A stretch of 64,000 bases of DNA, from the IMG/VR virus record IMGVR_UViG_3300013383_000001, positions 32,001-96,000 of that record; one strand, written 5' to 3'. Shown in pieces: positions 18,701-29,540 of this stretch (positions within the stretch are counted from its first letter, which is position 1; each line of letters starts with the position of its first letter). This stretch comes from a virus (taxonomy: Duplodnaviria > Caudoviricetes). Position numbers and translations under genes: made by a program. The notes below the pieces were generated by a model. It did no database searches and was not told where the DNA came from. It saw only the letters and a program-made list of their open reading frames with translations.

Positions 18701-19555
18701 TGGAAATTATATACGAAAATTTAAAAATACCAGAGAAGCTGCGTTTTTTATAGATCCTGAAAACTTAGAAGTGACAAGACAAGCTATAAAAAATAATTGT
18801 AGAGGAATTACTACAAAATCTCATGGATATTTTTGGTCTTATAGGAAAGAGTTTGTAAAGAAGGATAATGAAAAATGGAAGAAAGTTGCACAATACACAT
18901 TATCTGGAAAGTTTATAAGATATTTCGATTCTGTTACTGAAGCTGAAGAAGAATTATCTTTAAACAGCATTAGTCAAGCGGTTAAAAAAAGATACCAGTG
19001 TGGCGGATACCAATGGAGATATTATGAAGGAGATGACAATAATATTGGTCCCTTAGTAAATGCTAAATCAAAATTTGGATCTTTACCCATTGATATGTTT
19101 GATAAGGATGGAAATTTTATTAAAAGTTATGAGTCTATAAATGAATGTACGCAAGAAAATCCTAATCTTGACAAAAGTCAAATAATGCGAGTTATTAGAA
19201 AAATAATTAAAACTCACAAAGGATTTAAATTTAAATTTAAAGATGAAGATATAGTCAGTTCTAATTCAGAATGAATTTTGTCTCATTTATACCTGATAAG
19301 TCACTTACTCGTTGGTATGGCAATAAGGGCTATGGTCTTTGCCTTGATTTAACTGCAGACAAGACTAGCGGTACTCCTGCTATTGCTAAGTTCTGTCTTA
19401 AGGGTCAGGAAGTCCAGACTAATAAGATCTGGGGTGTTGCTACTCGTTCAGGTGATGTATCTTCTAACGTAGCAGCAGCTAAAATGACTATGACGGGTAC
19501 TGCTGGTGTAGCAGTATTTGCTCCGTTTAAGAGTTTTATTATCTACGAGGCTTAA
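15788..19555 (+). CDS. Major capsid protein; join(15788..16198,17461..18186,19274..19555), 472 aa
   Basis: Spliced junctions give RPIRKRD-DYWEVTVRLIDNDYSS and FNTYEIAG-NFVSFIPD. The sequence resembles crassvirus MCP, shows highly-expressed codon bias and has no TAG. Confidence 0.9.
16199..17460 (+). mobile_element. Group I intron 1 of the MCP gene (1262 nt), ORF between the P7 strands (P8 region)
   Basis: P1: exon TAAGCGTGAT pairs with GTCTCGCTTA, with U.G at the splice site. P10: CCCAATGATT pairs with exon GATTATTGGG. P AATGCTGGGAA, Q AACCAGCAGC, R GTTCAACGACTA (16309-16320), S GATATAGTC (17447-17455), terminal G 17460. Confidence 0.88.
16360..17448 (+). CDS. Intron-encoded GIY-YIG-like protein with degenerate catalytic motifs and NUMOD1-like repeats
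   Basis: KYIVFLTKN...ILIGVHKTENPDIFDGYLGEG aligns with the intact paralog at 18336. Repeats of the form VYQFNLKGELVKEW. ATG 16360 is preferred to TTG 16342. Confidence 0.8.
   Translation: MKYIVFLTKNNKSTINSINRILIGVHKTENPDIFDGYLGEGVRVNKASTFMYPKTSFQYAVKKYGVKSFERITLYIYDTLKDAYNKYHEIVDDTFINASYTYNTKIYKKYAGMCDYRPVYQFNLKGELVKEWNCIDDVCDFYCYPKWRFYYARASRTPLLNFYWSGTKVLNIVNPDDKSHPVHMYNKDGKLEFSFGSYEDFGEFINANIKEMNDIIYKHRFINGYYPSNKLLESFAPKARRKYLKEYMYVYNKEGEFVGKFFGKEVMTPIGTHSWKKIEYSIEHNDGWFNDFYISLNEVDSVPEKKEKVTYIEVFDKFGNFIEKIDTIKEVKEKYGITSGKINRIKLGQKHWGDYIFVYNRK
18187..19273 (+). mobile_element. Group I intron 2 of the MCP gene (1087 nt), ORF in the P8 region
   Basis: The exon ends GCCGGT; IGS AAAATTGCCG forms P1 and P10 (with AATTTT). 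P AATTGCTGGAA, Q AATCAGCAGC, R GTTCATCGACTA (18287-18298), S AAGATATAGTC (19246-19256), terminal G 19273. Confidence 0.9.
18336..19274 (+). CDS. GIY-YIG homing endonuclease with three NUMOD1-like repeats
   Basis: YIVYITINLCNGKFYIGVH, ALELE and YNSALGG motifs; three YxLxGxxIRxFxSxxEA-type repeats. Confidence 0.9.
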   Translation: MELKYIVYITINLCNGKFYIGVHKTNPDVFDGYIGCGIYRPNDACKKFPFHTAVRKYGYENFKRTTIKIFEGTEEGRKQALELERILVNETLLKSKQVYNSALGGQLGCENTFKTVYMFSLDGNYIRKFKNTREAAFFIDPENLEVTRQAIKNNCRGITTKSHGYFWSYRKEFVKKDNEKWKKVAQYTLSGKFIRYFDSVTEAEEELSLNSISQAVKKRYQCGGYQWRYYEGDDNNIGPLVNAKSKFGSLPIDMFDKDGNFIKSYESINECTQENPNLDKSQIMRVIRKIIKTHKGFKFKFKDEDIVSSNSE

Positions 19556-19589
19556 TTGTCTTAATAGATAAATTAAGATATTGAAGATC

Positions 19590-19629
19590 TGGTGGAGGGA
19601 GCCTTAAAACCCTCTCTCCGCTCTATTTT
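19590..19629 (+). terminator. Stem-loop after the MCP gene, probable partial terminator
   Basis: Imperfect GGTGGAGGGAG / CTCTCTCCGCT stem followed by CTATTTTT. Confidence 0.5.
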
Positions 19630-19646
19630 ATGTAATATGAATTAAT

Positions 19647-20501
19647 ATGGCTAAAGTAACTAAATCAGAAATTGATCTTGATGAAGTAATTGTCTTGCGA
19701 AGTGTTTATGAGAAAGCGATCAATATGAAGTATTATATTCAGCCTTGCCGAGATAAGTTTGGTAACTATCCTCAGTGTGTAAAGTTTGTTGATGCGGCAG
19801 GTAATATGATTCTTACAGAGAAAGAAAAGGAACTTATCTCAGAGCATAAAGCAGTTTTCTTTCCTGAAAATCACATGTTTGAAATTACTTCTGGTAAAAC
19901 ATACAATCTCAATCGCTTAGAAGATAAAGCAGAATGGGATTGCATTAAAAATTGTAAGTTGATTGCTAAGAGCAGAGATGAACGTGATGAGAAAGGTAAT
20001 CTCTTAATTGACGGTATTCAGCCTACTGCGAATAAGGCAGGTGTTAATGGAATTGCAGAGCTTTACATTGATCGTCCTGGACTTGATACTCAAAGACGTG
20101 TATCTAAGAAAGAGCTTATACATAAAGCAGAATCCTTTATCTTTGATGATCCTCGTGGTAACGATGGTCGCTTGAAGATGGCTCGTATTCTTGGTAAGAA
20201 TATGTATAACCAGCCTGATGCTGATGTAAAGGATTTCCTTCTTAGAATCGCAAGCAAAGAGCCTAAGAAAATTATAGATCTGTATACAGGCGGAGATACT
20301 ACATTGCGTATCTTGTTTATTGATGCCAAGGAAAAGCATACTATCTATGTAAAGAATAAACTTTATCTTTATGGTGATAATATTGTACTTGGTGCAACCG
20401 ATGATGCAGTAATTGCGTGGATGAAGAATCCTACTAATCTCAAGGTTCTTGAACTCATTAAAAAGGATACATATCCCGACTTGTATAGTGCTGAAAAATA
20501 A
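19647..20501 (+). CDS. Conserved crassvirus protein downstream of the MCP (284 aa)
   Basis: Intact TAG-free ORF, syntenic with the crassvirus capsid module. Confidence 0.75.
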   Translation: MAKVTKSEIDLDEVIVLRSVYEKAINMKYYIQPCRDKFGNYPQCVKFVDAAGNMILTEKEKELISEHKAVFFPENHMFEITSGKTYNLNRLEDKAEWDCIKNCKLIAKSRDERDEKGNLLIDGIQPTANKAGVNGIAELYIDRPGLDTQRRVSKKELIHKAESFIFDDPRGNDGRLKMARILGKNMYNQPDADVKDFLLRIASKEPKKIIDLYTGGDTTLRILFIDAKEKHTIYVKNKLYLYGDNIVLGATDDAVIAWMKNPTNLKVLELIKKDTYPDLYSAEK

Positions 20502-20516
20502 TAGCTGTAAACAACA

Positions 20517-21620
20517 ATGACAGCCAAGCAAATGTTTGAAGCATTACTTACTGAGTTAAGTAAAGTAAATGCTCCTTCGATGTTGCTTCAAGATTTCAAC
20601 TACTTTATGAATAAAGCAGTCTATTAGTATATCAATAAAAGATATAATATTTATGATGTAAATCAATAGACTACTGATGATTTAAGGGTGTTAAAAGCAA
20701 CTGCTACAATTCCAATCGCTGATTCTAATTATAATACAGGATTTGTTAAAAGTGTTTCGTTTGACTTACCTGAAGATTATTTACACATGCTTAATTGCAT
20801 TTGTTTATATAATGTAACCAAACGAAATAAATGTTACAATCAAAATGATGACGTCCCCTTTGCAGCGAAAAGATTGACAGCAGATGCTTGGTCTATTATT
20901 ATAAATGACTATTATAACAGACCATTACCTTGGAGACCTTATTATTATATTCACAATGTAAACACTTCCAACGAGTTACCTACTAATCCGATGACTTCAG
21001 AAAATAAGTATGGTACAGATCCTACTACGGAAGAAAATGGTACTATAGAAACTGAGTGGATTATTAAATTAGATTTTACAACTAAAGATAATCCTAATCA
21101 AGTATTCGAGTTAGAAACTCCTGTAAAAAAAGAAGATGGCTGGGAGACGACAAAAGAATGTAAAGAATTAATTTCTGAACATGGTGATAATTATAAAGTA
21201 ATCACTAAAACTATCACTGAGTCAAAACCTGGTAATTTTAGGAGAGTAATTAATCTTACAAACTTCGATGAAAATCCAGTTTCCACAGTAGAAAGAGTAG
21301 CAGGTGTACGATATGGTAATCCTACTAAAGTACGTTGCGAAATACGTTATGGTAACGATATTGATACATATAAACTCAAGAAAGTTTACATTGATTATAT
21401 AAAAACACCTCAAACAATTAGACTTACTCAAGAGTAGGTTGACAAGATTGAAGACACATCACAAATACTAGAATTTCCTGATTATGTATGTTAGGAAATA
21501 GTTAATGAACTGGTTACTCTTGTGATGGAGAATACAGCAGATCCTAGATTACAAACACATATACCGATTACACAGTCTATAGCTAATCCAGCTCAATCAC
21601 AATAGGCTGCGCAATCTTAA
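20517..21620 (+). CDS. Putative tail ring protein (367 aa)
   Basis: ATG 20517 to TAA 21618-21620 through several TAGs. Contains NQQTTDDLRVLK, FDLPEDYLHML, IDYIKTP and LEFPDYVCQEIV. Confidence 0.7.
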
Positions 21621-21631
21621 TCTAAATAAAT

Positions 21632-22630
21632 ATGTTTAATTTCACAACTACACATGTAATTAACAGTAATTACGATCTTTCATCCAATACTCCTCTTTGG
21701 ATTCTTGGTACTGATACTTTCACTGTAAAGGGTGTAAATACTTTCAAGAAAGAGAATGTAGAAGCAGCTTATAAGGCAGCATATAACGATGCAGTAATGG
21801 CTCAGATCACTATTGACTTCTCAAAGGCTAAGATCAATGGTGCTGCTATTGAGGATGGTGAGGATATGCGTCTTTATATTCCTCTTTATCTCTCTACTTC
21901 ATCTGATCTTTCTTATTATGCTAATGACACCAACCGTAAGGGTAAGGTTCTTAGCGTAGACTTTAAGTACAATGCAGCTAAGCCCGCTGAAAGTCTTAAG
22001 AAACTTATTGACAAGTTTGGCTTGTTTAAGTTTGAGAAGGATATGGTAAAGGTTACAGTTCCTGAGGATACTAAGCTCGTAATTACCGCAACAACTGAGT
22101 TTCAACGTTTTGATACTCCCAAGCTCCAGTATTATGTAGCATCTGATGTTCCTTATAAGGATGGTTACTACGATGTAACTGATGGTAGCACTGTTACTGA
22201 TAAGCTCTTTACTATGGTTGATGGTCATGAAGCATTTGGTTCTTATGATTACATCCTCCGTAATATCAAACTTCCTACCCACGAAGCTACTCGTGCATTT
22301 GGTATCAACCAGCATGAGAATCCTGTTCCTGGGGCAAAGTACGATCAGTACATTATTCGCTATTGCGTAAATCGTGGTCCTCTTGGTCTCAACGCAGTAG
22401 GTGATCAAGTTAAATCTGAGACTACTCATGTATTCTTTGTAAATCGTAATATTGAAAAGAATACTACTGATAAGGATGCTTTCAAGGCTCTTGATGGCGA
22501 AGGTCAGCCTGATGCAACTGTAGAGGATGCTAATGTTGCTGATTTCGATTCTGCATTTAAGGCTTTTGCAGGTGATAAGCTCGAAACTTATACCTATAAT
22601 GCAAGTAAGAACAAGATTGAGAAATCATAA
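21632..22630 (+). CDS. Abundant structural protein, probable auxiliary capsid protein (332 aa)
   Basis: TAG-free, MCP-like codon bias, PVPGAKYDQYIIRY motif, followed by a terminator. Confidence 0.65.
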   Translation: MFNFTTTHVINSNYDLSSNTPLWILGTDTFTVKGVNTFKKENVEAAYKAAYNDAVMAQITIDFSKAKINGAAIEDGEDMRLYIPLYLSTSSDLSYYANDTNRKGKVLSVDFKYNAAKPAESLKKLIDKFGLFKFEKDMVKVTVPEDTKLVITATTEFQRFDTPKLQYYVASDVPYKDGYYDVTDGSTVTDKLFTMVDGHEAFGSYDYILRNIKLPTHEATRAFGINQHENPVPGAKYDQYIIRYCVNRGPLGLNAVGDQVKSETTHVFFVNRNIEKNTTDKDAFKALDGEGQPDATVEDANVADFDSAFKAFAGDKLETYTYNASKNKIEKS

Positions 22631-22635
22631 TTAAT

Positions 22636-22667
22636 AGGCGGGCGCAATCAAACGCCTGCCTTTTTTT
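22636..22667 (+). terminator. Rho-independent terminator
   Basis: AGGCGGGCG-8 nt-CGCCTGCCT followed by a T run. Confidence 0.88.
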
Positions 22668-22676
22668 CTTTTTATT

Positions 22677-23366
22677 ATGTATACAAAAGTAAACAAATTA
22701 GCATCAGCAGTTTATAATGACATAGTTTCCGGATTAAGAGGTTATCATCAAGGACTTTCTTTATCAATGGAATAGCTAGAAGATGAGATAATGATGATGC
22801 GGATGTAGGTATTGAAAGAATATTCTTTAAAAGGAATACTTCCTGTTAAAGATTTATATATAGCAATTAATTGCATAGAAGTTGATTGTAAAGATTTGGA
22901 AAGATGTAGATGTTTAGAAGACGAATGTCTTCATACACCAACAATGCATTTTGAGATCCCTCAACTTGTAAATGATTATGGTAAAGAATCTATTTAGTAT
23001 ATTGGTTCTGCTGATAGATAGCTTCCTTTTTCTTATTATACATCTTTAAATACATATAAGAATCATAAATGGCGTAAACGTGCAAAAAGTAGACCTTATG
23101 TCTGGATTGATACAACTCCTAATGAGAATGGAATGTATGATTGTTTTGTATTTAATGCACCATTATTAAAAGCAGTATCTGTGGTAGGCATCTTTAAAGA
23201 TCTGAGACAATTAGAAAAATATTCATGTTGTACTGAATAGGCAGATGATAATTTCTCATTTATAGATAATGAAGTTAAAGATAGGCTTACTAAACTGAAA
23301 ATTAATTATTATAGATCAATGCAAGCCCCTCTTAAACCTAATAATCAAGAATATACTACTGGATGA
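22677..23366 (+). CDS. Putative tail ring protein (229 aa)
   Basis: MYTKVNKLASAVYNDIVSGLRG...SMEQLEDE...VSVVGIFKD, open with TAG=Gln; ATGA overlap with the next gene. Confidence 0.65.
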
Positions 23367-24058
23367 ATAATTTTTATTATGCTCTCAGTTTATTAAACAC
23401 TATGTATGGTGTAGATATGGACGAGGAAGATTTTGCTGAAATTGCTTTAGTAGGTTGGAATTTAATAGGCAATAAACGTACTAAGCTATATAGAAGCTGT
23501 AAGACTTTTGAACCTTGTGAAAAAGAATATAAATTAGAATTACCTTGTAATTGTGATATATTAGAAGCAGTAACAGGTGATTTTGAAGATTTTGCTTTTA
23601 CTTCTGGAATAGATCCTGATGGAGTACCTCAGTCCTCAGAAACAGAAGAATATATAGAAGAACATAAAGCATTTAAGCAACCTTTGTATGCTAAAGGTAA
23701 GTTTATAAATTATGAAAGAGTAGGAGATACATTATATTTTACTCAACCAGTAAGAAAAGTAAATCTTTTATATAGAGGTTTAGTTGCAGATGAAAATGGA
23801 CTTCCTGAAATTACAGATTCGGAAGCATTAGCATTAGCTACATATGTTGCTTACATTAATCGCTTTAAAGAAGGATTAATGACTAATAATACAAATATTA
23901 TAAGTATAGGTAATGTATTAAAAGCAGAATGGGAAAAGAGGTGTGTACAAGCAAGATCTGAATTTAATTGGACTTAGAATGACTATGATGAAGTTCTTGA
24001 TGCAAAGTCTTGCTGGGATAGAAAAATATATAATAGAAGTTATAAATTAGAACGATGA
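23363..24058 (+). CDS. Putative tail tubular/ring protein (231 aa)
   Basis: Track ORF extended through TAG 23975-23977 to TGA 24056-24058. LELPCNCDILEAV and YRGLVADENGLPEI motifs. Confidence 0.7.
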
Positions 24059-25080
24059 AATTAGCAACAGGATGCGCATTAAATGTTAAGTAGTTGCTAC
24101 GAAATTTTCCTGTATAGAAATTAAAGTTTAGTTATAAGGTAAGTCGTGATAAAGGACTCCCTAATGGAAGAATAACTCTAATAGAAGATATTTTTACATA
24201 TCACTTCTATTTAGTCATAAGGGATATTATAGAAAATAATACTGTTTTTCATCTTCCTTTGGTTGGCAAAAGAAAAGCAAGAATAGAGCCTTTTACTTTT
24301 GATGAAGAAGCATTTAAGTTAAGGAGAAAGGCAGGTTATTGGGAAAATCTTGATTATATTGCAAGTGATTTCAAAATGTATGGAATATAGTTAGTATTAT
24401 GTGGGAATAGAACTCCTAGATACAAACGTATTTATATAAATAAAACATACGAAAATGAAATAGTATAGAATGTAAACAAAGGAATGACCTATGGAGGTGG
24501 TCATGATCGTAAGATAGATGATTACTTTGAGTCTGTTATGGATAAATACGATGGAATCACTAAACGAGATATTCGACTTATATTGAATTATTGTTGGAGA
24601 TAGTATTATATGTTTATAAGTCGAGGATGTGATATACTAATTCGTAGTAAAAGATTCATTACATACACAGGATACCTTAAACATGATTCTATTAAATGGT
24701 TTTAGTCATATCTTAGAAAACTTGCTTTAAAAATAAGATGGCTAAATAAAACTAATAAAAAGAAGAAATGGGACGGATACTATTATTTTGCACTTTCCAA
24801 CGATCAATATAAAGAAACATTCGGCAAAAATGAAAATAAAAAAGGAAAACGATTATCTAAATTCACATTTACGGATATATGGTTATATACTTACTATGAT
24901 GAATGTTCTTTAAGAAATGCAGGATATAAATATATTTGTAGACTTCCTTATCACGCATGGATTAAAAATTGCTTACATTTTGATAAACTAACCACAAGCA
25001 AAGCAGAACTTATAACTATTCGAGAACCTTTAAAGTTTAAAGATATATTAGTAAGTGAAAATGAATACGATCTTTTATGA
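24055..25080 (+). CDS. Basic protein, possibly a diverged IHF/HU-like crassvirus protein (341 aa)
   Basis: Absent from the ORF track but open with TAG=Gln, with ATGA overlaps at both ends. Lys/Arg-rich. Function inferred from synteny only. Confidence 0.6.
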
Positions 25081-28000
25081 AAAGAGATTACGCAGCTAAT
25101 TCATTTAATAAAGGAATGATAATGGATTTGAATCCATTATAGATGACTGATGAGGCAATGACCTATTGCTTGAATGGTACTATATTAACATATAATGGTA
25201 ATGAAAATGCTCTACAATGTGATATGGGAAACGGTAGAGTAGAAACTGCTGTCCTACCAGAAGGATATATTCCTATGGGAACATGTTCTTATGGGGGAAT
25301 AATATATATAGTATCATATAATCCTTTAAAGGATTTATGTCAGATAGGTTCATTTCCTTCACCAGAGAGAAATATAGATTCAACAGAATTAAGTCCTGCA
25401 GTATATGATTTAAAAGAAACTGATATAGTTAATAAAGATGTATTAATACCGTCTCATAAATTAGAGTTGACTACTGAAAATTTATCTCCAGGAGATAAAT
25501 TTATGGTAGTAGCTAAAGATTTAGATGGAAGATACTTATCAGATTACTATAATACTGATAATACTATTGGAGGATTTCCAGGATTATGGAAAATGCGTTT
25601 AGCATCAATAGAAGATTCTGGAAAAATAACATACTTCGATAATGTAAAATGGTATGATAATAAATACTATATAAAGGAAACTAACGAGGATTTAGAAAAT
25701 AAATCTGAATTGAATGTAGATGAATATAGATCTATAGTTAGTTCTGCGTACACTATATTTAAAAGTAAATCATCGGGTAAACTTGCTATAATAGTAGAAC
25801 CTGAGATGATTGATGATTTCAGTTGTTCCTATAGTTTGTATGTAACAACAAATGAAAAGACAAACCAAGTAGAATATAAGGTATATTTAAATGTATCGTG
25901 GAATACATCTGATGTAAATATAAACCCAAGTTGTATACATGTTGAAAGTGACAAGATTTCAGGTGAATTTGATTTAAATAATTCTTATAATCTTGATTTA
26001 GAACACACTGAAGATTCGTATAAATTTTTTAAGCAGAATAATGCTAAAATAAAAACTGCTACTTTTAATAAAGAACATAGTGTTGGTACAACTATAGTCC
26101 AACTAAATTGTTAGGAAATAGACCAAAAGAAGAAATTATATAAAATATATAATAATGGTGTTCCTACTAAATCGTATTATAGAGATAGTACATACTATTA
26201 TATAGATAGCGATGGGTCTTAGGTAGGTGCAGAAAAGCGTGGAAAATTCTATTTTAAAAGTAATAAGTTTGAGAATATATCTGATGATATTGTAAACAAT
26301 GAGTATGATACTGATGTTAGTATTCATATTGGAACACTTACAGATCCTAAAGGAATATTAGAGTTGAAAGTAACTCCTTGGATGCTTTCAGGTGCTATGG
26401 ATCATCTATCTCAAACTATAAAAATAGATTTCGATAAAGTAGGAACTGGAGAAATATCATTAGACACTTGGAGATATTATCAATATAGTGATACTTTACT
26501 TTTAAATTGGGGAATCGATGCTAATCCTAAACCAGGAGAAGATGTTAGTAAAGTAGTAATGACTTTCTATGATAATCAAGGTCCAGCTGCTTGTTATATT
26601 GCAGATGATTATACTTCTTATAATGGTAAATTCTTAAACTATATCAATCTAGATAGAACGTCTGAATATTACGATATTAGTAATATTTTAAATGATGGAT
26701 CTATTATAAAACATATAGGAAAGTAGATAGAAATCTAGGATTTTGAATTAAGTAATTATAAGGATCAGTTTGATAATCATACAATTCTTATCACATCTAA
26801 TGATGATCCTTTGAATCCTGAATTTGTAGAATATTCTGATTCTGTTAAAAGTTCTACTCACAAGTTCTGGGAAAATGATTCAGGTATTCTTTACAAGAAT
26901 ATTCTTTATCTTGTGAAGATAGATATGTATACTTCTCATCGGGATACATTTACGCAGACAATAGGAGATCCTGTAACCGCATGGAGATGGTTATGGACTA
27001 ATGGAATATTCAATGATCAATATGATACAGAACTTGATTTTAATGAACTACGTCCTGAATTAAATCTTCGTGTATCTGCACAATATTCTGGTACTCTTAT
27101 CCCTGAATCTGATGAATCAAATAAAATAAGTTATACTTTTTCTGAAAATTAGATTCCTATAGAGAAACGAATAGGAGATGTAGTTTAGAAGTTAAAAAAT
27201 GCTTATATTAATGTAGATACTGATTTATATTTTGAGGATAATTATGAAACCTTTTAGATAGATGCTGAATAGGTAAGTAATATTACAAGTAAATTTGCAA
27301 TTACTAAGGATATAGATAATAGAGGAAATATTAAATCTGATCCAGAAGAACCTACTTTAATTAGAGGTAATTCTAATGATGAAGTATTTACTCGTCCCGA
27401 AGGTATGAAGGATCATGCAGAAGTGTATATGAAAGTTTTTGGGATAAAACCAGTACCTGCTGAGCAAGAATTTGTATCTGCATATACAAATGACTCTGTT
27501 GTATAGGATGTTGATTGGTATAATGTTAAAAAACCAATGTCGTTTGAAGTAAATGCAGAAATCCATAATCCATATTTCTTATCTTCAGATGCAGATAAAA
27601 CTACATCTACAGTTACTACTATAAGACCTTTTATAAAGTATGAATCTGATTTACATAAGTACAATCTTCAGTTATTAAAAAAATATAACCCAAGATATGT
27701 TACTTTAATGGATTAGGCTATTGCTAAATATTGGAATGATTATTTTAATCACAACGGAGGATTAAATACAGAGCAATAGAGTATTAAAACTTACAAAGCT
27801 GTAGTTGATCCAACTATACCTCCAAGTCCATCTAAAGATATAGATGATCTTGTAAAACCTGATGAAAATTTCTCAGGATCAGGAGGATCAGGAGATTCTG
27901 AAAATACAGGTGTTGGTGGAACTGATGCACAAAATAGATATGGAACAATTACATTTAGAAATGCTCTTGTGCTTGGATTTGGTGATAATGATGGGAATAG

Positions 28001-29540
28001 TTGTTTTCGTGGTGCATATATCGCCTCTTTATCTAAACCTTATAGAGCTGGAAGTGTAAAACGTATATTATGTGAAAGTATAGGGGAAGATACAAAGTCG
28101 ATGTCATTAGATATGTTGACAAAAGACAAAGATGTTATAGAACAATCTAAAAAAATATCTCCGTTATTTTATCCTACATTATTTATGGCATTTTGTAGAG
28201 ATATAGATGGATTACATACTAATCAAGGTGGAGATAAATTTGAAGCAGACCTTCATATTGGTACTTATTCAAAATTAAAAGATACTAAGGATGATGATAC
28301 TTACAAAAAATTAAACATAAATACAAGTGTACATGGCAGGTGGCTTCCTAATTATAATGAAGATACTGATTCTTATCGAAAGGTATATAATGGAATTGAG
28401 AAAAGAAATGGATTCAGTCTTTACGGAGGATATATTGGGTGTACAACTACTAATGGAGTAGTTGTTGATTTTTTAAATAGACCTGTTAGTACATAGACAG
28501 AATTAATAGAATCAGACATGAACTCTTAGTTTCCTTGGGCAGATAGATCTGTTATGAATGTAGCTTCCGAGTTTGTATTAGGCTTGTTGGGATAGCTTTA
28601 TTATAAGGACAGATCTGAAGTAAGAGAGGGGTATCATTATAAATACTTAAATTATTTTGAAGATAGAGTAGTATCTTATGTTAAAGATATTCTTTATAAA
28701 CCTGTAATTAGTAATAAAGTAACTAACACTAATAAGTTACTTCTTCTTAGAGGATTAAAGTATTCAGATTATTTATCTTCAATTGCAACAAAGGCAAAAC
28801 TTCTTGCAGATAATGTGGACTATTCAAATTCTAAGGTTAAAATAAATCAATTAGTTACTAATATTCCTATTATTCTTAATTTTAACGTAACAACTCCAGA
28901 TATAGAAGATGGAGTTATAAATTGTCAAAGATGGGATATTGAGCAAGGTAAGTATATTGAAAATAGGATTACTTTGAATTTTGATTCTATCGGAGTTTAT
29001 AATGAAGAAACTCATGCAATGGAAGATATAACAGGATTAACGCATCCTTTATACTTCATGGAATATGTACCAGAAAGCATCGACAGAGAAGGAGGAGAAG
29101 AGAATACATTCTGCCTTAAAAAGATTAGACGTCCTATAAGATCTAATAAATGGTTAATTGATACAGATAAAATTGGGGACGATGGAGTTAAGGTGTAGGT
29201 ATATGATGTTGAGCATTATCCAGATTGGAAATTTTCTATACAAGAACTAATACCTTATTTAGAAATAAAAGAGAATACATTAAATATAAAAGATTCTATT
29301 TCTGATATAGGATTTATACAAAATTCTGTATCAACTTTTGTTTCCTCTTCTAATAAAAAGGATGATGATAGTGCAGAAGCTCGATAGGTTGACAGTTTAA
29401 CATTGTATGAATTTTTTAGAGATGAAACTAAAGAAATAATAAGGAGTATAGATAAAGACAATAATGTAACTTATACTGAAGATGAATATACTTTACAGCA
29501 ACGGTGGGATAGTAAACGATATAATACATGGAACATATAA
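25077..29540 (+). CDS. Large tail protein with a tail-stabilisation/muzzle-type N-terminus (~1487 aa)
   Basis: Joins track ORFs 25143, 26364, 26811, 27969 and 28815 in one frame. N-terminal NSFNKGMIMDLNP...GNGRVE...IGSFPSP. Confidence 0.7.

Noticed and set aside
17539-19555. Track ORFs 17539..18204 and 19271..19555 as independent genes
   Set aside because: They are MCP exons 2 and 3; the ATG at 19271 ends on the intron's terminal G.
15788-19555. Inteins or free-standing endonucleases in the MCP gene
   Set aside because: The insertions contain stop codons and group I P/Q/R/S elements with U.G and terminal-G splice signatures; no intein termini were seen.
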